Assembly: GCA_018970215.1 (NCBI GenBank)
Contig: JAGWWX010000003.1
Coordinates: 4,668 to 68,667, forward strand
Reading direction: 5' to 3'
DNA length: 64,000 nt
Source of the DNA: Acidobacteriota bacterium
GTDB taxonomy: Bacteria > Actinomycetota > Acidimicrobiia > Acidimicrobiales > RAAP-2
A program made the position numbers and the translations under genes. Below, in pieces: positions 16,307 through 27,008 of this stretch. The notes beneath the pieces are model-generated. The model was not told the DNA's origin and did no database searches. It saw only the letters and a list, made by a program, of their open reading frames with translations. Every line of letters begins with the position of its first letter. Within the stretch, counting starts at the first letter, position 1.

Positions 16307-18646
16307 TTGACGTCACACGCCGACACCCGGTCGTTCTATCCCGAGCCTTTGGGCTATCGACTGAAGCGGTTATTTCTCGGAAAGCCGTATGTTTCCGAAC
16401 AACTGCGCGGCGAACGGTTGAACAACCCGACGGCTCTTGGCGTTCTCGCCCCCGACTGCATTTCATCGTCATCGTACGGCGCCGAGCAAATTCTGACCCA
16501 GCTCACCCCCGTCATTGGTTTGGCCGCGTTCTCGTTACTCGTTCCCATCATGTACGTCATTTTGGGTGTTCTCATACTGGTGACTCTCTCATATCTCGAC
16601 GTCATTGGCGCCTACTCGGTCATGGGTGGTTCCTACATCGTCACCCGGGACAACTTTGGGCCAAAGACGGCACAGATCACTGCGGTGGCGTTGCTCATTG
16701 ACTACATCGTGACGGTGGCGGTGCAGTGTTCCGCGGGAACGGCCGCTCTCACGAGTGCGTTTCCTTCACTTCTGCCGTACACATTGACCATTACGGTGTG
16801 CGTGATTTTGCTGCAGATCTATGCCAACCTGCGTGGCATTAAGGAAGCGGGGGCGTTCTTCGCGTTTCCGACGTACTTCTTTGCCACGATGATGACCATC
16901 ACCATCGTGGTGGGGTTTTATAAGCACTTCGCGGGAACCCTGCCCATTCTCCCCGTGCCGTCTCACGAACTGTTGGTCGGCGGTCAGCTCGGAACTGGTG
17001 GGCATGGATTTCTCTATGGCGTTGCCTTCATTACCTTGCTCCGTGCGTACGCCAACGGTGGTTCGTCCCTGACGGGGCTCGAAGCAATCTCCGACGCCGT
17101 GTCGGGATTTCGACGTCCCGAGGCGCGCAACGCTCGCAAGGTCATGGTGGTGATGGCGCTCTTGTTGTCCTTCCTCCTCGTCGGGACCACCATGCTGGCG
17201 ACGTGGACGCACGCGCTTCCCTACGAAGCTGGTTCACCGACGGTGGTGTCGCAAGAAGTGGGCGCAGTGTTTGGGGCGCAGGGCTTCGGGCACGCAGTGT
17301 TCTTGATGGTGCAGATCGCGACGGTACTCATTCTCTATACCGGCGGCAATACCGCGTTCAATGGGTTCCCGTTCCTCGCCAACTTTGTTGCCATCGACAA
17401 GTACTTGCCACGTCAACTGACAAAACGAGGACACCGTCTCGCGTTCTCGACGGGCATCATTTGGTTAGGTGCGTCGGCATTAGCCCTCGTCATCATTTTC
17501 GACGCTCGCGTGAATGCTCTCATTTCGCTCTACGCCATTGGTGTGTTCACCGCCTTCACGATGGCCGGATTTGGTATGGCGCGGCGCCACTATCGACGCC
17601 GTGGTAAGGCTTGGCGACTCGGGATGACGGTAAGCGGTCTCTCGGGCTTCACCTGCCTTGTGGTGGCTCTCATCTTTGGCGTCGTGAAGTTCGGTGAAGG
17701 GGCATGGGTCGTCGTGGTGGCCGCTCCGTTCATGATCGCCGGACTGCTCTATCTCAATCGTCAGTACGTCCGCGAGGAAGAAGCGTTTGGCGCGAGTGGC
17801 GGTTCTTCAGCGCTCGCGACGTCACACAATCGGATTGTCATCTTCGTTGATCAGTACGACCTCGCGACGGAACGCGCTCTCGCGTACTGCAATTCCTTGA
17901 ATCCCTACTCCGTCCGTGCCATTCACTTCGACATCGACCCGGCGGTCACACGAGAGCTCGAAGCGCGCTGGGGACGCAAAGGAACAGCCTCGGCCGCGAT
18001 TCCTCTCGAAGTCATGGAGTGTGAAGACCGACGAGTTGATCGTGCCGCACTTGAAGTTGTCTCGGACATGGTCCGCGATCCCAAGGTCTTCGCCATGGTC
18101 ATTTTGCCGCGACGCGGGTTCCGCTCGCGCATCCAACGACTGTTGCACGATCGCACTGCTGACACCATCGCAACGGCCGTCGTGAATGTTCCCCGCACTG
18201 CTGCAACCATCGTTCCCTATCGCATGGCCCCGGTTCACCACGACCGCATCACGCCCGACACCACGGACACGTTGAGTGACAGCATCACTCGTGGCGGAGT
18301 GCGGGAAGAGACGCACTTTGCGGCGGACGACAAGTTGGAGGCGCGGGCAAACGAGATTGGCGCGGTTGATATCGGCGCACTGAAACTTCGGGAAAACGCA
18401 CAGATTGCGGGCCGCGTTAAGTCCGTGACGGTCGAACGGGCGGAGAGTGGCCAGACCTTTACCTGCCAAATTGCCGATGCTTCGGGCTCCATCAAGCTGG
18501 TGTTTCAAGGTCGCTCGGCCATTCCCGGTGTTGAACGTGGCGTGCGTCTCTTAATTAAGGGAACCGTGACGTCGTTTCACCGCGAAGCGGTGATATTGAA
18601 CCCCGAATACGAGATTGTCGGGGGCGTTGGTGGGGACGAAGAGTAA
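16307..18646 (+). CDS. APC-superfamily (KimA/YdaO-like) permease fused to a C-terminal OB-fold domain
   Basis: LKRLFLG.P...ERL, DCISSSSYG, LLIDYIVTVAV, ALTGLEAISD-like and LPRQLTKRGHRLAFSTG motifs. The C-terminus has IAGRVKSV..IADASGSIKLVFQGR..I.NPEYE (OB fold). The start is uncertain. Confidence 0.85.
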   Translation: MTSHADTRSFYPEPLGYRLKRLFLGKPYVSEQLRGERLNNPTALGVLAPDCISSSSYGAEQILTQLTPVIGLAAFSLLVPIMYVILGVLILVTLSYLDVIGAYSVMGGSYIVTRDNFGPKTAQITAVALLIDYIVTVAVQCSAGTAALTSAFPSLLPYTLTITVCVILLQIYANLRGIKEAGAFFAFPTYFFATMMTITIVVGFYKHFAGTLPILPVPSHELLVGGQLGTGGHGFLYGVAFITLLRAYANGGSSLTGLEAISDAVSGFRRPEARNARKVMVVMALLLSFLLVGTTMLATWTHALPYEAGSPTVVSQEVGAVFGAQGFGHAVFLMVQIATVLILYTGGNTAFNGFPFLANFVAIDKYLPRQLTKRGHRLAFSTGIIWLGASALALVIIFDARVNALISLYAIGVFTAFTMAGFGMARRHYRRRGKAWRLGMTVSGLSGFTCLVVALIFGVVKFGEGAWVVVVAAPFMIAGLLYLNRQYVREEEAFGASGGSSALATSHNRIVIFVDQYDLATERALAYCNSLNPYSVRAIHFDIDPAVTRELEARWGRKGTASAAIPLEVMECEDRRVDRAALEVVSDMVRDPKVFAMVILPRRGFRSRIQRLLHDRTADTIATAVVNVPRTAATIVPYRMAPVHHDRITPDTTDTLSDSITRGGVREETHFAADDKLEARANEIGAVDIGALKLRENAQIAGRVKSVTVERAESGQTFTCQIADASGSIKLVFQGRSAIPGVERGVRLLIKGTVTSFHREAVILNPEYEIVGGVGGDEE

Positions 18647-18754
18647 ATACACGGGCTCGCTAATCACGCGGACTAGTTTTTTACCGGCTTTACTGCAGTG
18701 CGCGACGAATCGTGGATCCTCCACGTTTCTACATCTCAAGGAGTAACGACCTTC

Positions 18755-21004
18755 ATGAAACCGCTTATTCACTTGGCGGAGGGTGGCTACCAACCCTTCA
18801 CCTTCCACGGCTCCGACAAGACGTGGCTCTACATCGTCCTCGCCGCCGGCATCATTGGCATTCTGGCTGGTCTGAATCTGATGCGTAGCGTTCTCGCTGC
18901 GGATCAGGGCAGTGCCAAGATGCGCGAAATTGCCACGGCTATTCAAGAGGGTGCTGAGGCCTTCTTGTCGCGCCAGTTCAAGACGATTGCCATCATCGTT
19001 GTTCCTCTCGCCATTGCCATCTACTTCACGGGCACCAAAGTCGTGGACGAAATGAACTCGGTGGTTATGTCGAGCTCCGAGAATGGCCTCTGGCGTGTGG
19101 TCTGCTTCTTAGTTGGCGCCGCGTTCTCCGGCCTTACCGGATATATCGGTATGTCCACGGCAGTACGAGGCAACGTTCGAACCGCCGCGGCTGCGGTGGC
19201 CACCCAACGCACAAAGGAGGCGCTCCGCGTCGCCTTCCGCACGGGTGCCGTGACCGGTCTGCTCTGTGTTGGCCTCGGCCTCGTCGGCGCCGCAGGAATT
19301 TTCCTCGTCTTCCAAAACTCGGCAACCACCGTGTTGGTGGGCTTCGCGTTTGGAGCCTCGCTGCTCGCGCTCTTCATGCGAGTTGGTGGTGGAATCTTCA
19401 CCAAGGCAGCGGACGTGGGCGCCGACCTCGTGGGCAAGGTTGAAGCGGGTATCCCCGAAGACGACCCCCGCAACGCTGCGACGATTGCCGACAACGTCGG
19501 TGACAACGTCGGTGACTGCGCAGGAATGGCCGCCGACCTCTTTGAGTCGTACGTCATCACCATTATTTCGGCACTGATTCTCGGGTACGCCGCGACGGGG
19601 AAGAGCACCAGCCTTCTTTTCCCGTTGATCATTCCGGCCATTGGTGTCATTGCGTCAATTGTTGGTGTCTACGCCGTGAGCTCACGCGAGAGTGACAAGA
19701 ACGCGCTGCAGCCCATTAATCGAGGCGTCTGGCTGTCGTCCATCATCACCATCGTCGCGTCGTACTTTGTGGCGCGTTACTACGTGGGCGAGACGAAGGT
19801 GTTCCTCGCCGTCCTGGCCGGCGTTGGTCTGTCGCTACTTGCGAGCTTTATCACCGAGTACTTCACGTCAACTGAGCGCACGCCGGTCAAGGAGATTGCG
19901 GAGTCGGCGAAGACTGGTCCGGCGACGACCGTTCTGTCGGGTATCGCCTTTGGTCTTGAATCTTCCTTCTGGGCCGTTCTCTCGATCGTCCTCGCTCTCG
20001 CGGCCGGAATTGGTCTCGGCGGTGGTGACGTCAAGCAGACCCTCTACTACGTCTCCCTGATCGGAATCGGTCTGCTCTCCACAGCGGGAATGATTGTGTC
20101 GGAGGACTCCTTCGGCCCGGTATCGGACAACTCGGCCGGTGTCGCTGAGATGGCTGGTGAGTTTGAAGGCAACACCGAGCGTGTTCTCGTGAGTCTCGAT
20201 GCCGTGGGCAACACCACAAAGGCAATCACTAAGGGTGTCGCTATTGGTTCGGCGGTCATCGCTGCCGTGGCCCTGTTTGCGTCGTTTATTGAGACGGCCG
20301 GTAGTCAGCTGAATCTGAAGGGTGATGTGTTCGCCCAACTACCCATCAACATCGCCGACCCGAAGACGTTCATTGCGGGGTTGATTGGTGGTTCGGTGGC
20401 GTTCCTCTTCAGCGCACTGGCCATTCGGGCCGTGGGGCGTTCGGCGGGCACTGTGGTGCAAGAAGTGCGTCGACAGTTCCGCGAGCACCCCGGCATCATG
20501 AACTACACCGAAAAGCCGGAGTACGGCAAGGTCATCGCTATCTGCACGGCCGCCTCGCAGCGCGAGTTGGCAACTCCCGCGTTGCTCGCCATTTTGACCC
20601 CGGTAGCGGTGGGCTTTGGATTGGGCTACTTAGCTCTCGGTGGATTCCTCGCCGCAGCCATCATCACCGGACAGCTCATGGCGAACACGCTGTCGAACGC
20701 CGGTGGTGCGTGGGACAACGCGAAGAAGTTCATCGAAGATGGTTTCGGTGGGGGTAAGGGTTCGGAAGTCCACAAGGCCGCCGTCATCGGTGACACAGTG
20801 GGCGACCCCTTTAAGGACACCGCCGGACCGGCACTGAACCCCTTGATCAAGGTGATGAACCTCGTGTCATTGCTGATTCTCCCCGTGGTGATCACGCAGG
20901 AGAGTCACGCGGGTGTGCGCTACGGCATCGCCGCCACGGCGTCGGTGATCGTTCTCGCGGCCATCTTGTGGTCGAAGCGCGGCACCGTCTCAATGGGCGA
21001 CTAG
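18755..21004 (+). CDS. hppA: Membrane-bound H+-translocating pyrophosphatase, K+-independent type
   Basis: [51 protein letters not shown] (Lys marks K+-independence) and [14 protein letters not shown]. Confidence 0.96.
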   Translation: MKPLIHLAEGGYQPFTFHGSDKTWLYIVLAAGIIGILAGLNLMRSVLAADQGSAKMREIATAIQEGAEAFLSRQFKTIAIIVVPLAIAIYFTGTKVVDEMNSVVMSSSENGLWRVVCFLVGAAFSGLTGYIGMSTAVRGNVRTAAAAVATQRTKEALRVAFRTGAVTGLLCVGLGLVGAAGIFLVFQNSATTVLVGFAFGASLLALFMRVGGGIFTKAADVGADLVGKVEAGIPEDDPRNAATIADNVGDNVGDCAGMAADLFESYVITIISALILGYAATGKSTSLLFPLIIPAIGVIASIVGVYAVSSRESDKNALQPINRGVWLSSIITIVASYFVARYYVGETKVFLAVLAGVGLSLLASFITEYFTSTERTPVKEIAESAKTGPATTVLSGIAFGLESSFWAVLSIVLALAAGIGLGGGDVKQTLYYVSLIGIGLLSTAGMIVSEDSFGPVSDNSAGVAEMAGEFEGNTERVLVSLDAVGNTTKAITKGVAIGSAVIAAVALFASFIETAGSQLNLKGDVFAQLPINIADPKTFIAGLIGGSVAFLFSALAIRAVGRSAGTVVQEVRRQFREHPGIMNYTEKPEYGKVIAICTAASQRELATPALLAILTPVAVGFGLGYLALGGFLAAAIITGQLMANTLSNAGGAWDNAKKFIEDGFGGGKGSEVHKAAVIGDTVGDPFKDTAGPALNPLIKVMNLVSLLILPVVITQESHAGVRYGIAATASVIVLAAILWSKRGTVSMGD

Positions 21005-21024
21005 TCGTTCGCCCGTACGGGCTG

Positions 21025-21064
21025 AAAACTCCCCCTTGTGGCCGTTGTCACAAGGGGGAGTTTC
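21025..21064 (+). terminator. Intrinsic terminator after hppA
   Basis: AAACTCCCCCTTGTG-gccgttgt-CACAAGGGGGAGTTT. Confidence 0.8.
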
Positions 21065-21173
21065 ACTATGTGCGCGGTGAGCGTTGTGTTGCGGAGTACG
21101 ACCGATTGTGACGATGACGCTGTACGGCACCCGTCGGCTGTATCGTCACTACCGCCAAACCGAAAGAGGTGGA

Positions 21174-23966
21174 ATGGCAAAGGCGCTTGTGATAGTTGAG
21201 TCGGTGGCGAAGGCCACGCGTATCCAAGCCATGCTCGGCAGCGATTTCATCGTCAAGCCATCCGTTGGTCATATTCGCGACCTGCCTGAGTCTGCGGCCG
21301 ACATCCCGGCCTCGGTGAAGGGCGAAAAATGGGCTCGCCTGGGCATCAATGTCAACGATCACTTCAAACCCGTCTACGTCGTGTCGTCGGACCGCAAAAA
21401 AGTTGTTGCGGAACTCAAGTCTGCGCTGAAAGAAGTCGACGAGCTCTACCTCGCGACCGACGAAGACCGCGAGGGTGAAGCGATTGCGTGGCACCTCATT
21501 GAGGTGCTCAATCCCAAGGTCCCCGTGAAGCGGATGGTGTTCCACGAGATCACGGCGGCGGCCATCGAACGGGCGGTGAACGAAACGCGTGATCTGGACA
21601 CCCACTTGGTGGACGCGCAAGAGGGGCGACGTTTTCTCGATCGTCTCGTCGGCTACGAGGTGTCACCGGTGCTCTGGCGCGCCGTCGACAAGGCCCGTTC
21701 GGCGGGTCGCGTGCAGTCGGTGGCGGTGCGACTGGTGTGCGAGCGAGAACGCGAGCGCATGGCCTTCACGTCGGCGACGTGGTTTGACATCGTGACTACG
21801 GTGGCAACGGGCGCGGGTGACTCCTTTGACGCGACACTGGATTCGTTCGGCGGCGTCGCGGTAGCGACCGGAAAGAATTTCGACTCGACGGGCAACATTG
21901 ATCAATCGGCCAATGTTGCCGCCATTGATGAGTCCACGGCACGGGCTCTCGCGACGGCGCTCGAAGGTAGCGAACTACGCGTGACATCTATCACGTCGTC
22001 ACCACGGACACAACGTCCTCAGGCCCCCTTCATGACGAGTTCTCTCCAGATTGAGGCGTCACGCAAACTTCGTATGGACCCCGACCGAACGATGAGGGCC
22101 GCCCAGCGGCTCTACGAGCAGGGTTGGATTACGTACATGCGAACCGACTCGACCACTCTTTCAAAAGAAGCCCTCACCGCGGCACGCCGCCACGCCGCCG
22201 AAATGTTTGGCGATGACTACGTTGCGGACGCACCGCGGACCTACGACCGCAAAGTGAAGAATGCCCAAGAAGCGCACGAGGCAATTCGGCCGGCCGGTGA
22301 GTCGTTCCGCACTCTCGAGGAGGCGTCGCAACAGTTACCGGGTGATGAACTCGCCGTGTACGACTTGATTTGGAAGCGAACAATCGCATCGCAGATGGTT
22401 GATGCTCGTCTAACGAGCGATCGCGTCAAGTTGACGACGACGGTAGATCTGCCCGGTCAGGGTTCAACGGACGTAGGGCTCACGGCGAACGGACTACGCA
22501 TTGAGTTTGCGGGATTCCGCCGAGCCTACGTTGAAGGCAGTGACGACCCGGAGAGTGAGCTCGCGGATCAAGAAAGAATCCTCCCCGTGTTGTCCGAGGG
22601 TGCAACCGTGACGGTACAAACGGCTGACGCTAAGGGCCACGACACGAAACCACCAGATCGCTACAGCGAAGCCACGCTGATTAAGAAACTCGAAGACTTG
22701 GGAATCGGTCGACCCTCGACCTACGCCTCGGTGATGAAGACCATCGACCGACGGGGGTACGTCTGGAAGAAGGGTAAGGCCCTCGTACCCGCGTTCAAGG
22801 CCTTCGCCGTGATCAATCTCCTCAGTACCTACTTTGCCGATCTCGTTGACTATCAGTTCACGGCGGCGATGGAAGATGGGCTAGACGCCATTGCGTCGGG
22901 TGAGAAGGATCTCGAACCGTGGCTTCGGGACTTTTACTTCGGAAACCCTTCGGCGCCGACGGAGCTCTCGCGTCGCGGGCTGCACGCACTCGTCACCGAG
23001 CAGCACGAGTTTGACTACGCCGCGATCAACTCGCTACCACTCGGAGTGGCCCCCGACGGGGAAAACGTCTCTGTGCGTTCGGGTCGCTACGGCCCCTATC
23101 TCGTCCACGGGGAGCGACGGGCGTCACTCCCCGAGGCGACGGAGCCGGACTCACTCACCGTGGCCCGCGCCCTCGAACTTCTTGATGCGCCGAGTAACGA
23201 CCGTCAATTAGGAACGGACGAGGCGACGGGCCTACCGATCTATCTCAAGGCCGGCCGTTATGGGCCCTACGTGCAGTTGGGTGATCTGGTGGAGGGTGCT
23301 GATAAGCCCCGTACGGCATCGCTGTTGTCGACCATGGCGGTCGAGACGCTCACGTTGGAGGAGGCGCAGCAACTCCTCAGCTTGCCCCGCGAAGTAGGAC
23401 GACACCCCGACGACAACGAACCGATTCTTGCGCAGAATGGTCGCTACGGTCCGTACGTCACATGGGGCAAAGAGTCTCGCTCCCTTGACAGCGAAGCAGA
23501 GATCTTCACCGTCGATGTAGCAAAGGCCCTGGAACTTCTCGCCCAACCCAAGATGCGGGGACGTCGCGCTGCCGCAGGGCCTCTGCGTGACCTGGGAGTC
23601 GATGAGATTACGGGTAAGCACGTCGTGGTGAAGACGGGCAAGTTCGGACCGTACGTGACGGACGGTGAAGTGAATGCGACGTTGCGACTCGGCGACACTC
23701 CCGAACTCATCACACTGGACCGTGCAAACGAGCTTTTAGCGGAGCGTCGTAACGCCGATCCTTCAACTCGACGCCCCGTCGCGAAGAAAGCGGCAAAGAA
23801 GACCACGAAGAAAGCGGCAAAGAAAACCACATCGTCGTCATCAAAGAAAGTCGCGTCGACCGTCACTGCGGTGAAGAAGACGGGCTCGAAAAGCGCGGCG
23901 GCCACCGCTAAGTCCAAGGGCGCTGCTGCCAATAGCGACGTGCTCGATCACCTCTCGGGCCAGTGA
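21174..23966 (+). CDS. topA: DNA topoisomerase I (actinobacterial type, Topo_C repeats and Lys-rich tail)
   Basis: LVIVES..K, GHIRDLP, LATDEDREGEAIAWH, SAGRVQS, ITYMRTDS, AQEAHEAIRP, GIGRPSTY and GRYGPY repeats. Confidence 0.97.
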   Translation: MAKALVIVESVAKATRIQAMLGSDFIVKPSVGHIRDLPESAADIPASVKGEKWARLGINVNDHFKPVYVVSSDRKKVVAELKSALKEVDELYLATDEDREGEAIAWHLIEVLNPKVPVKRMVFHEITAAAIERAVNETRDLDTHLVDAQEGRRFLDRLVGYEVSPVLWRAVDKARSAGRVQSVAVRLVCERERERMAFTSATWFDIVTTVATGAGDSFDATLDSFGGVAVATGKNFDSTGNIDQSANVAAIDESTARALATALEGSELRVTSITSSPRTQRPQAPFMTSSLQIEASRKLRMDPDRTMRAAQRLYEQGWITYMRTDSTTLSKEALTAARRHAAEMFGDDYVADAPRTYDRKVKNAQEAHEAIRPAGESFRTLEEASQQLPGDELAVYDLIWKRTIASQMVDARLTSDRVKLTTTVDLPGQGSTDVGLTANGLRIEFAGFRRAYVEGSDDPESELADQERILPVLSEGATVTVQTADAKGHDTKPPDRYSEATLIKKLEDLGIGRPSTYASVMKTIDRRGYVWKKGKALVPAFKAFAVINLLSTYFADLVDYQFTAAMEDGLDAIASGEKDLEPWLRDFYFGNPSAPTELSRRGLHALVTEQHEFDYAAINSLPLGVAPDGENVSVRSGRYGPYLVHGERRASLPEATEPDSLTVARALELLDAPSNDRQLGTDEATGLPIYLKAGRYGPYVQLGDLVEGADKPRTASLLSTMAVETLTLEEAQQLLSLPREVGRHPDDNEPILAQNGRYGPYVTWGKESRSLDSEAEIFTVDVAKALELLAQPKMRGRRAAAGPLRDLGVDEITGKHVVVKTGKFGPYVTDGEVNATLRLGDTPELITLDRANELLAERRNADPSTRRPVAKKAAKKTTKKAAKKTTSSSSKKVASTVTAVKKTGSKSAAATAKSKGAAANSDVLDHLSGQ
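23782..23829 (+). repeat. 2 x 24-bp tandem repeat encoding KKAAKKTT in the TopA tail
   Basis: CGAAGAAAGCGGCAAAGAA(G/A)ACCA occurs twice in tandem. Confidence 0.8.
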
Positions 23967-24559
23967 CCGCACTATTTGTCGCCTTCGAAGGCATCGACGG
24001 GTGTGGCAAGTCGACACAAGCTCGTCGTGTCGCTGACGCCGCGGGGGCGCATTTCACGTTCGAACCGGGTGACACAGCCCTTGGAGCCACTCTGCGGGAG
24101 CGACTGTTGGACGCGAGTCAGCCGATGACGCCGGAAACAGAGGCGCTTCTCATGCTGGCGGATCGGGCGCATCACGTCGCATCCGTGATTGCCCCTCGCG
24201 TTGAACGCGGGGAACGGGTGGTGACAGACCGCTTTTTGGGATCGACGTTGGCGTATCAAGGGAGTGGACGTGGCGTCGATCTTGAAATCCTGGAGCGGGC
24301 GACGGAGTTAGCCGTGGGGTCGTATCGTCCCGACTTAACTCTGCTGATCGATATTCCCGTGGACGTGGCTCATAGCCGCCGAACCCCCGATCGCCGTGAC
24401 CGTTTCGAAGCCGCCGGTATTGAATTTCACGAGAGAGTGCGAGCGGGGTTCTTAACCCTGGCGCAACGTCACGACAACTGGGTAGTGATTGATGGCGCCC
24501 GTGATCGTGCCGCCGTCGACGCATCAGTCGATGACGCGTTGCGCACCATTGGGTGGTGA
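23963..24559 (+). CDS. tmk: Thymidylate kinase
   Basis: FEGIDGCGKSTQ, TFEPG, DRAHHV, VVTDRF..STLAYQG and DRFE motifs. Confidence 0.95.
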   Translation: MTALFVAFEGIDGCGKSTQARRVADAAGAHFTFEPGDTALGATLRERLLDASQPMTPETEALLMLADRAHHVASVIAPRVERGERVVTDRFLGSTLAYQGSGRGVDLEILERATELAVGSYRPDLTLLIDIPVDVAHSRRTPDRRDRFEAAGIEFHERVRAGFLTLAQRHDNWVVIDGARDRAAVDASVDDALRTIGW

Positions 24560-25626
24560 CTGTGGCCGACGTCTTTGACGACATTGTGGGCCAGGACCGA
24601 GCACTCCGGTCGCTGCGAAATTTGGTCCAGACGCCGAGCCACGCGTACTTGTTGAGCGGTCCCGCCGGTTCCGCCAAACTGGAGGCTGCGATAGCGACCG
24701 CCGCCGCACTGCAGTGTGAGCAAGGCGGCTGCGGTATCTGTGACGAATGTCAGCGCGTACTGCGTCGCACTCACCCCGACGTGACCGTTATTTCCCGCGC
24801 GGGAGTGAACTGGTCGGTGGATGAGATTCGTGACGCGGAACGTATCGCGCGACGAATCCCCGTTCAGGGTCGTTATCAAATTCTCGTACTACCCAATATC
24901 GAGCTCTCGGTCTTGGCGGCTCCGGCCCTATTGAAGACGCTTGAAGAACCTCCGCGGCGAACGATCTTCATTCTGCTCGCCGACGAACTGCCAGACCACC
25001 TCACGACGGTCGAGTCGCGGTGTGTGAAGGTGCCTTTTTCGGCCCTGCATTTTGATGACATCGTGACGGTGCTCGAGCGATCGGGCGTGTCATCGGTACA
25101 GGCGCGGATGGCGGCCGAGGCGGCCGACGGCAACCTCGATCGAGCGCGCGTGGTTGCCCGCGACGAAGAGTTGGCGCAGCGCGTGACCGCCTGGCGTAAC
25201 GTACCCGATCAACTGCGAAGTGTGTCACCGGTAGCGCTGGCGCAGAGCATCATTGCGGGTCTCGACGCCGCGATCGCTCCGCTGCAGGCCGTACACGCCG
25301 AAGAGCTAGATACGTGGAAACGTGACGCCGAATTGGCTGGACGCCGGGGCGGGCAAAAAGACGTGGAGCAACGTCACCAACGAGAACAGCGGCGATTCCG
25401 AACTGATGAGTTGCGATTTGGACTGTCCACCTTGACCCGTACCTATCGCGAACGACTTGTGGCGTCGCTGGAAGGTGGCGACGATGGTGATCTACGGGCG
25501 ACGAACGAAGCGAAGTCATCGATTGCGGCGATTACCGCCATTACCCACGCCTACGAGAACTTAACCCTCAATGCAAATGAGAATTTGTTGTTGACTGACC
25601 TCCTTACGACGTTGACGCGGACGTGA
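24556..25626 (+). CDS. holB: DNA polymerase III delta-prime subunit
   Basis: HAYLLSGPAGS, CEQGGCGICDEC Zn module, HPDV and LLKTLEEPP; located after tmk. Confidence 0.88.
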   Translation: MTVADVFDDIVGQDRALRSLRNLVQTPSHAYLLSGPAGSAKLEAAIATAAALQCEQGGCGICDECQRVLRRTHPDVTVISRAGVNWSVDEIRDAERIARRIPVQGRYQILVLPNIELSVLAAPALLKTLEEPPRRTIFILLADELPDHLTTVESRCVKVPFSALHFDDIVTVLERSGVSSVQARMAAEAADGNLDRARVVARDEELAQRVTAWRNVPDQLRSVSPVALAQSIIAGLDAAIAPLQAVHAEELDTWKRDAELAGRRGGQKDVEQRHQREQRRFRTDELRFGLSTLTRTYRERLVASLEGGDDGDLRATNEAKSSIAAITAITHAYENLTLNANENLLLTDLLTTLTRT

Positions 25627-25657
25627 CATTGTCGACGTGAAGTAGGATGAATATCCT

Positions 25658-25733
25658 GCCTGTGTAGCTCAGCTGGTAGAGCAGCTCATTCGTAATGAGC
25701 AGGTCGTGGGTTCGAGTCCCACCGCAGGCTCCA
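25658..25733 (+). tRNA. tRNA-Thr(CGT)
   Basis: GCCTGTG acceptor stem, TAGCTCAGCTGGTAGAGC D arm, GCTCA-TTCGTAA-TGAGC anticodon arm, GGTTCGAGTCC T loop and encoded CCA. Confidence 0.97.
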
Positions 25734-25736
25734 GAC

Positions 25737-27008
25737 TTAATCGCGCGTTACTGCTGCGAGGAAGGCCGCCGAGCGTTCCGACCAGTTCTCAAACTCGTCG
25801 AAACTCGGTGCACCGGGCGATAAGAGAACCACACCCTCTCGACCGCGCATACGCGTGACGGCACGTTGTACGGCATCGGCGAAAGATTCTTCACGGAAGA
25901 TGGGGAGTGGGGGCGGCGCCGAGGCGGCAATGCGGTTACCTGCGGGTCCGGTAGTCACGAGCTCGATAGATCCGTGGGCCGTTGCCGCCACGAAGAGGTC
26001 ACGGTAGTCCACGCCGCGATCAAAACCACCGACAATCAGCACCACGTGGCGATCGGCGAATGACTCGAGCGCCGCCGCGGTGGCGAGAGGAGTGGTGGCC
26101 AGTCCGTCGTCGACGAAGTCAATGCCGTTGGACTGGTGCACGAGAGTCAGTCGACCCGGCAACGGCGTGAACGCATTGGCCGCAGTGAGTGCCGCTTCAC
26201 GAACGTTTTCTACGCCGACGTGCAGGGCCCGTGCGACGGCCGTGAGTGCCACTGTCACGTTGCGGGCGTTATGGCGCCCCACGAGACCGAGGGCGGAGGC
26301 GAGATTGACATCGAATCCCGTTGCGATGGTGATGTCGCCACCCATCTCGTCACGGCGGAGAAGCAGAGCTGGGTCGTCGGGTATGACCGTGAGGTGGTGA
26401 CCTTCGGTGTGAGTGAGGGACAGTTTGTCGCGGTGGTACTGATCGAGCGAACCGTGCCAATCGAGATGATCAGAACCGAGAGAAGTGACGACCACGAGAC
26501 CCGGTGCTTCAATAAGGTCCACCGCTTGAAAGCTCGACACTTCGAGAATCGTCCATTCGGCGTCCTCGATCTCCGTGTCGTAGGGAGGAACGCCGATATT
26601 GCCAGCTCGGCGTGAGGATTGTCCCAGGCTTCGAAGGAAGAAGTCGATGAGAGCCGTCGTGGTGGACTTCCCCTTTGTGCCGGTCACCGCGACCACGCGC
26701 GCCCGATCCGTTCCCGCCAGCCACACTTCGAGTGCCGAGGTGAGATGGACGCGAGCCTCGAGGCTGACCACGTCAGCTCGCCGCCGTGGAATACCCGGAC
26801 TCTTCAAAACGACATCACACGTGGTGAGAGCGTCGAGCCCTCCCGCATCAGTCGCTATGACGTCTGGACTCGAAGGTTCGTCGTCGACGAGTACGACGTC
26901 GCGCGTGACGCGTACAGCCGCCCGTTGGGCGGCGCGTCCCTCCACCCCGACGCCCCAGATGCCAACGCGGCGGTTCGCTAGATCACGAAATCCACGAGGC
27001 CGGGACAC
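25737..27008 (-). CDS. murD2: UDP-MurNAc-L-Ala:glutamate ligase, probably the L-Glu-specific MurD2
   Basis: VLKSPGI, AVTGTKGKSTT, GNIG, LEVSSFQ, DHLDWHG, GRL..FVDD and LLSPGAPSFDEF motifs. It lies directly downstream of a murL-like gene. Confidence 0.75.
   Translation of the reverse strand: MSRPRGFRDLANRRVGIWGVGVEGRAAQRAAVRVTRDVVLVDDEPSSPDVIATDAGGLDALTTCDVVLKSPGIPRRRADVVSLEARVHLTSALEVWLAGTDRARVVAVTGTKGKSTTTALIDFFLRSLGQSSRRAGNIGVPPYDTEIEDAEWTILEVSSFQAVDLIEAPGLVVVTSLGSDHLDWHGSLDQYHRDKLSLTHTEGHHLTVIPDDPALLLRRDEMGGDITIATGFDVNLASALGLVGRHNARNVTVALTAVARALHVGVENVREAALTAANAFTPLPGRLTLVHQSNGIDFVDDGLATTPLATAAALESFADRHVVLIVGGFDRGVDYRDLFVAATAHGSIELVTTGPAGNRIAASAPPPLPIFREESFADAVQRAVTRMRGREGVVLLSPGAPSFDEFENWSERSAAFLAAVTRD

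Noticed and set aside
16190-16310. c-di-AMP (ydaO) riboswitch upstream of the KimA-like permease
   Set aside because: The spacer is too short and the conserved ydaO motifs are not visible; only one 8-bp hairpin is present
23770-23940. Lys-rich TopA tail as a novelty
   Set aside because: Known feature of actinobacterial topoisomerase I
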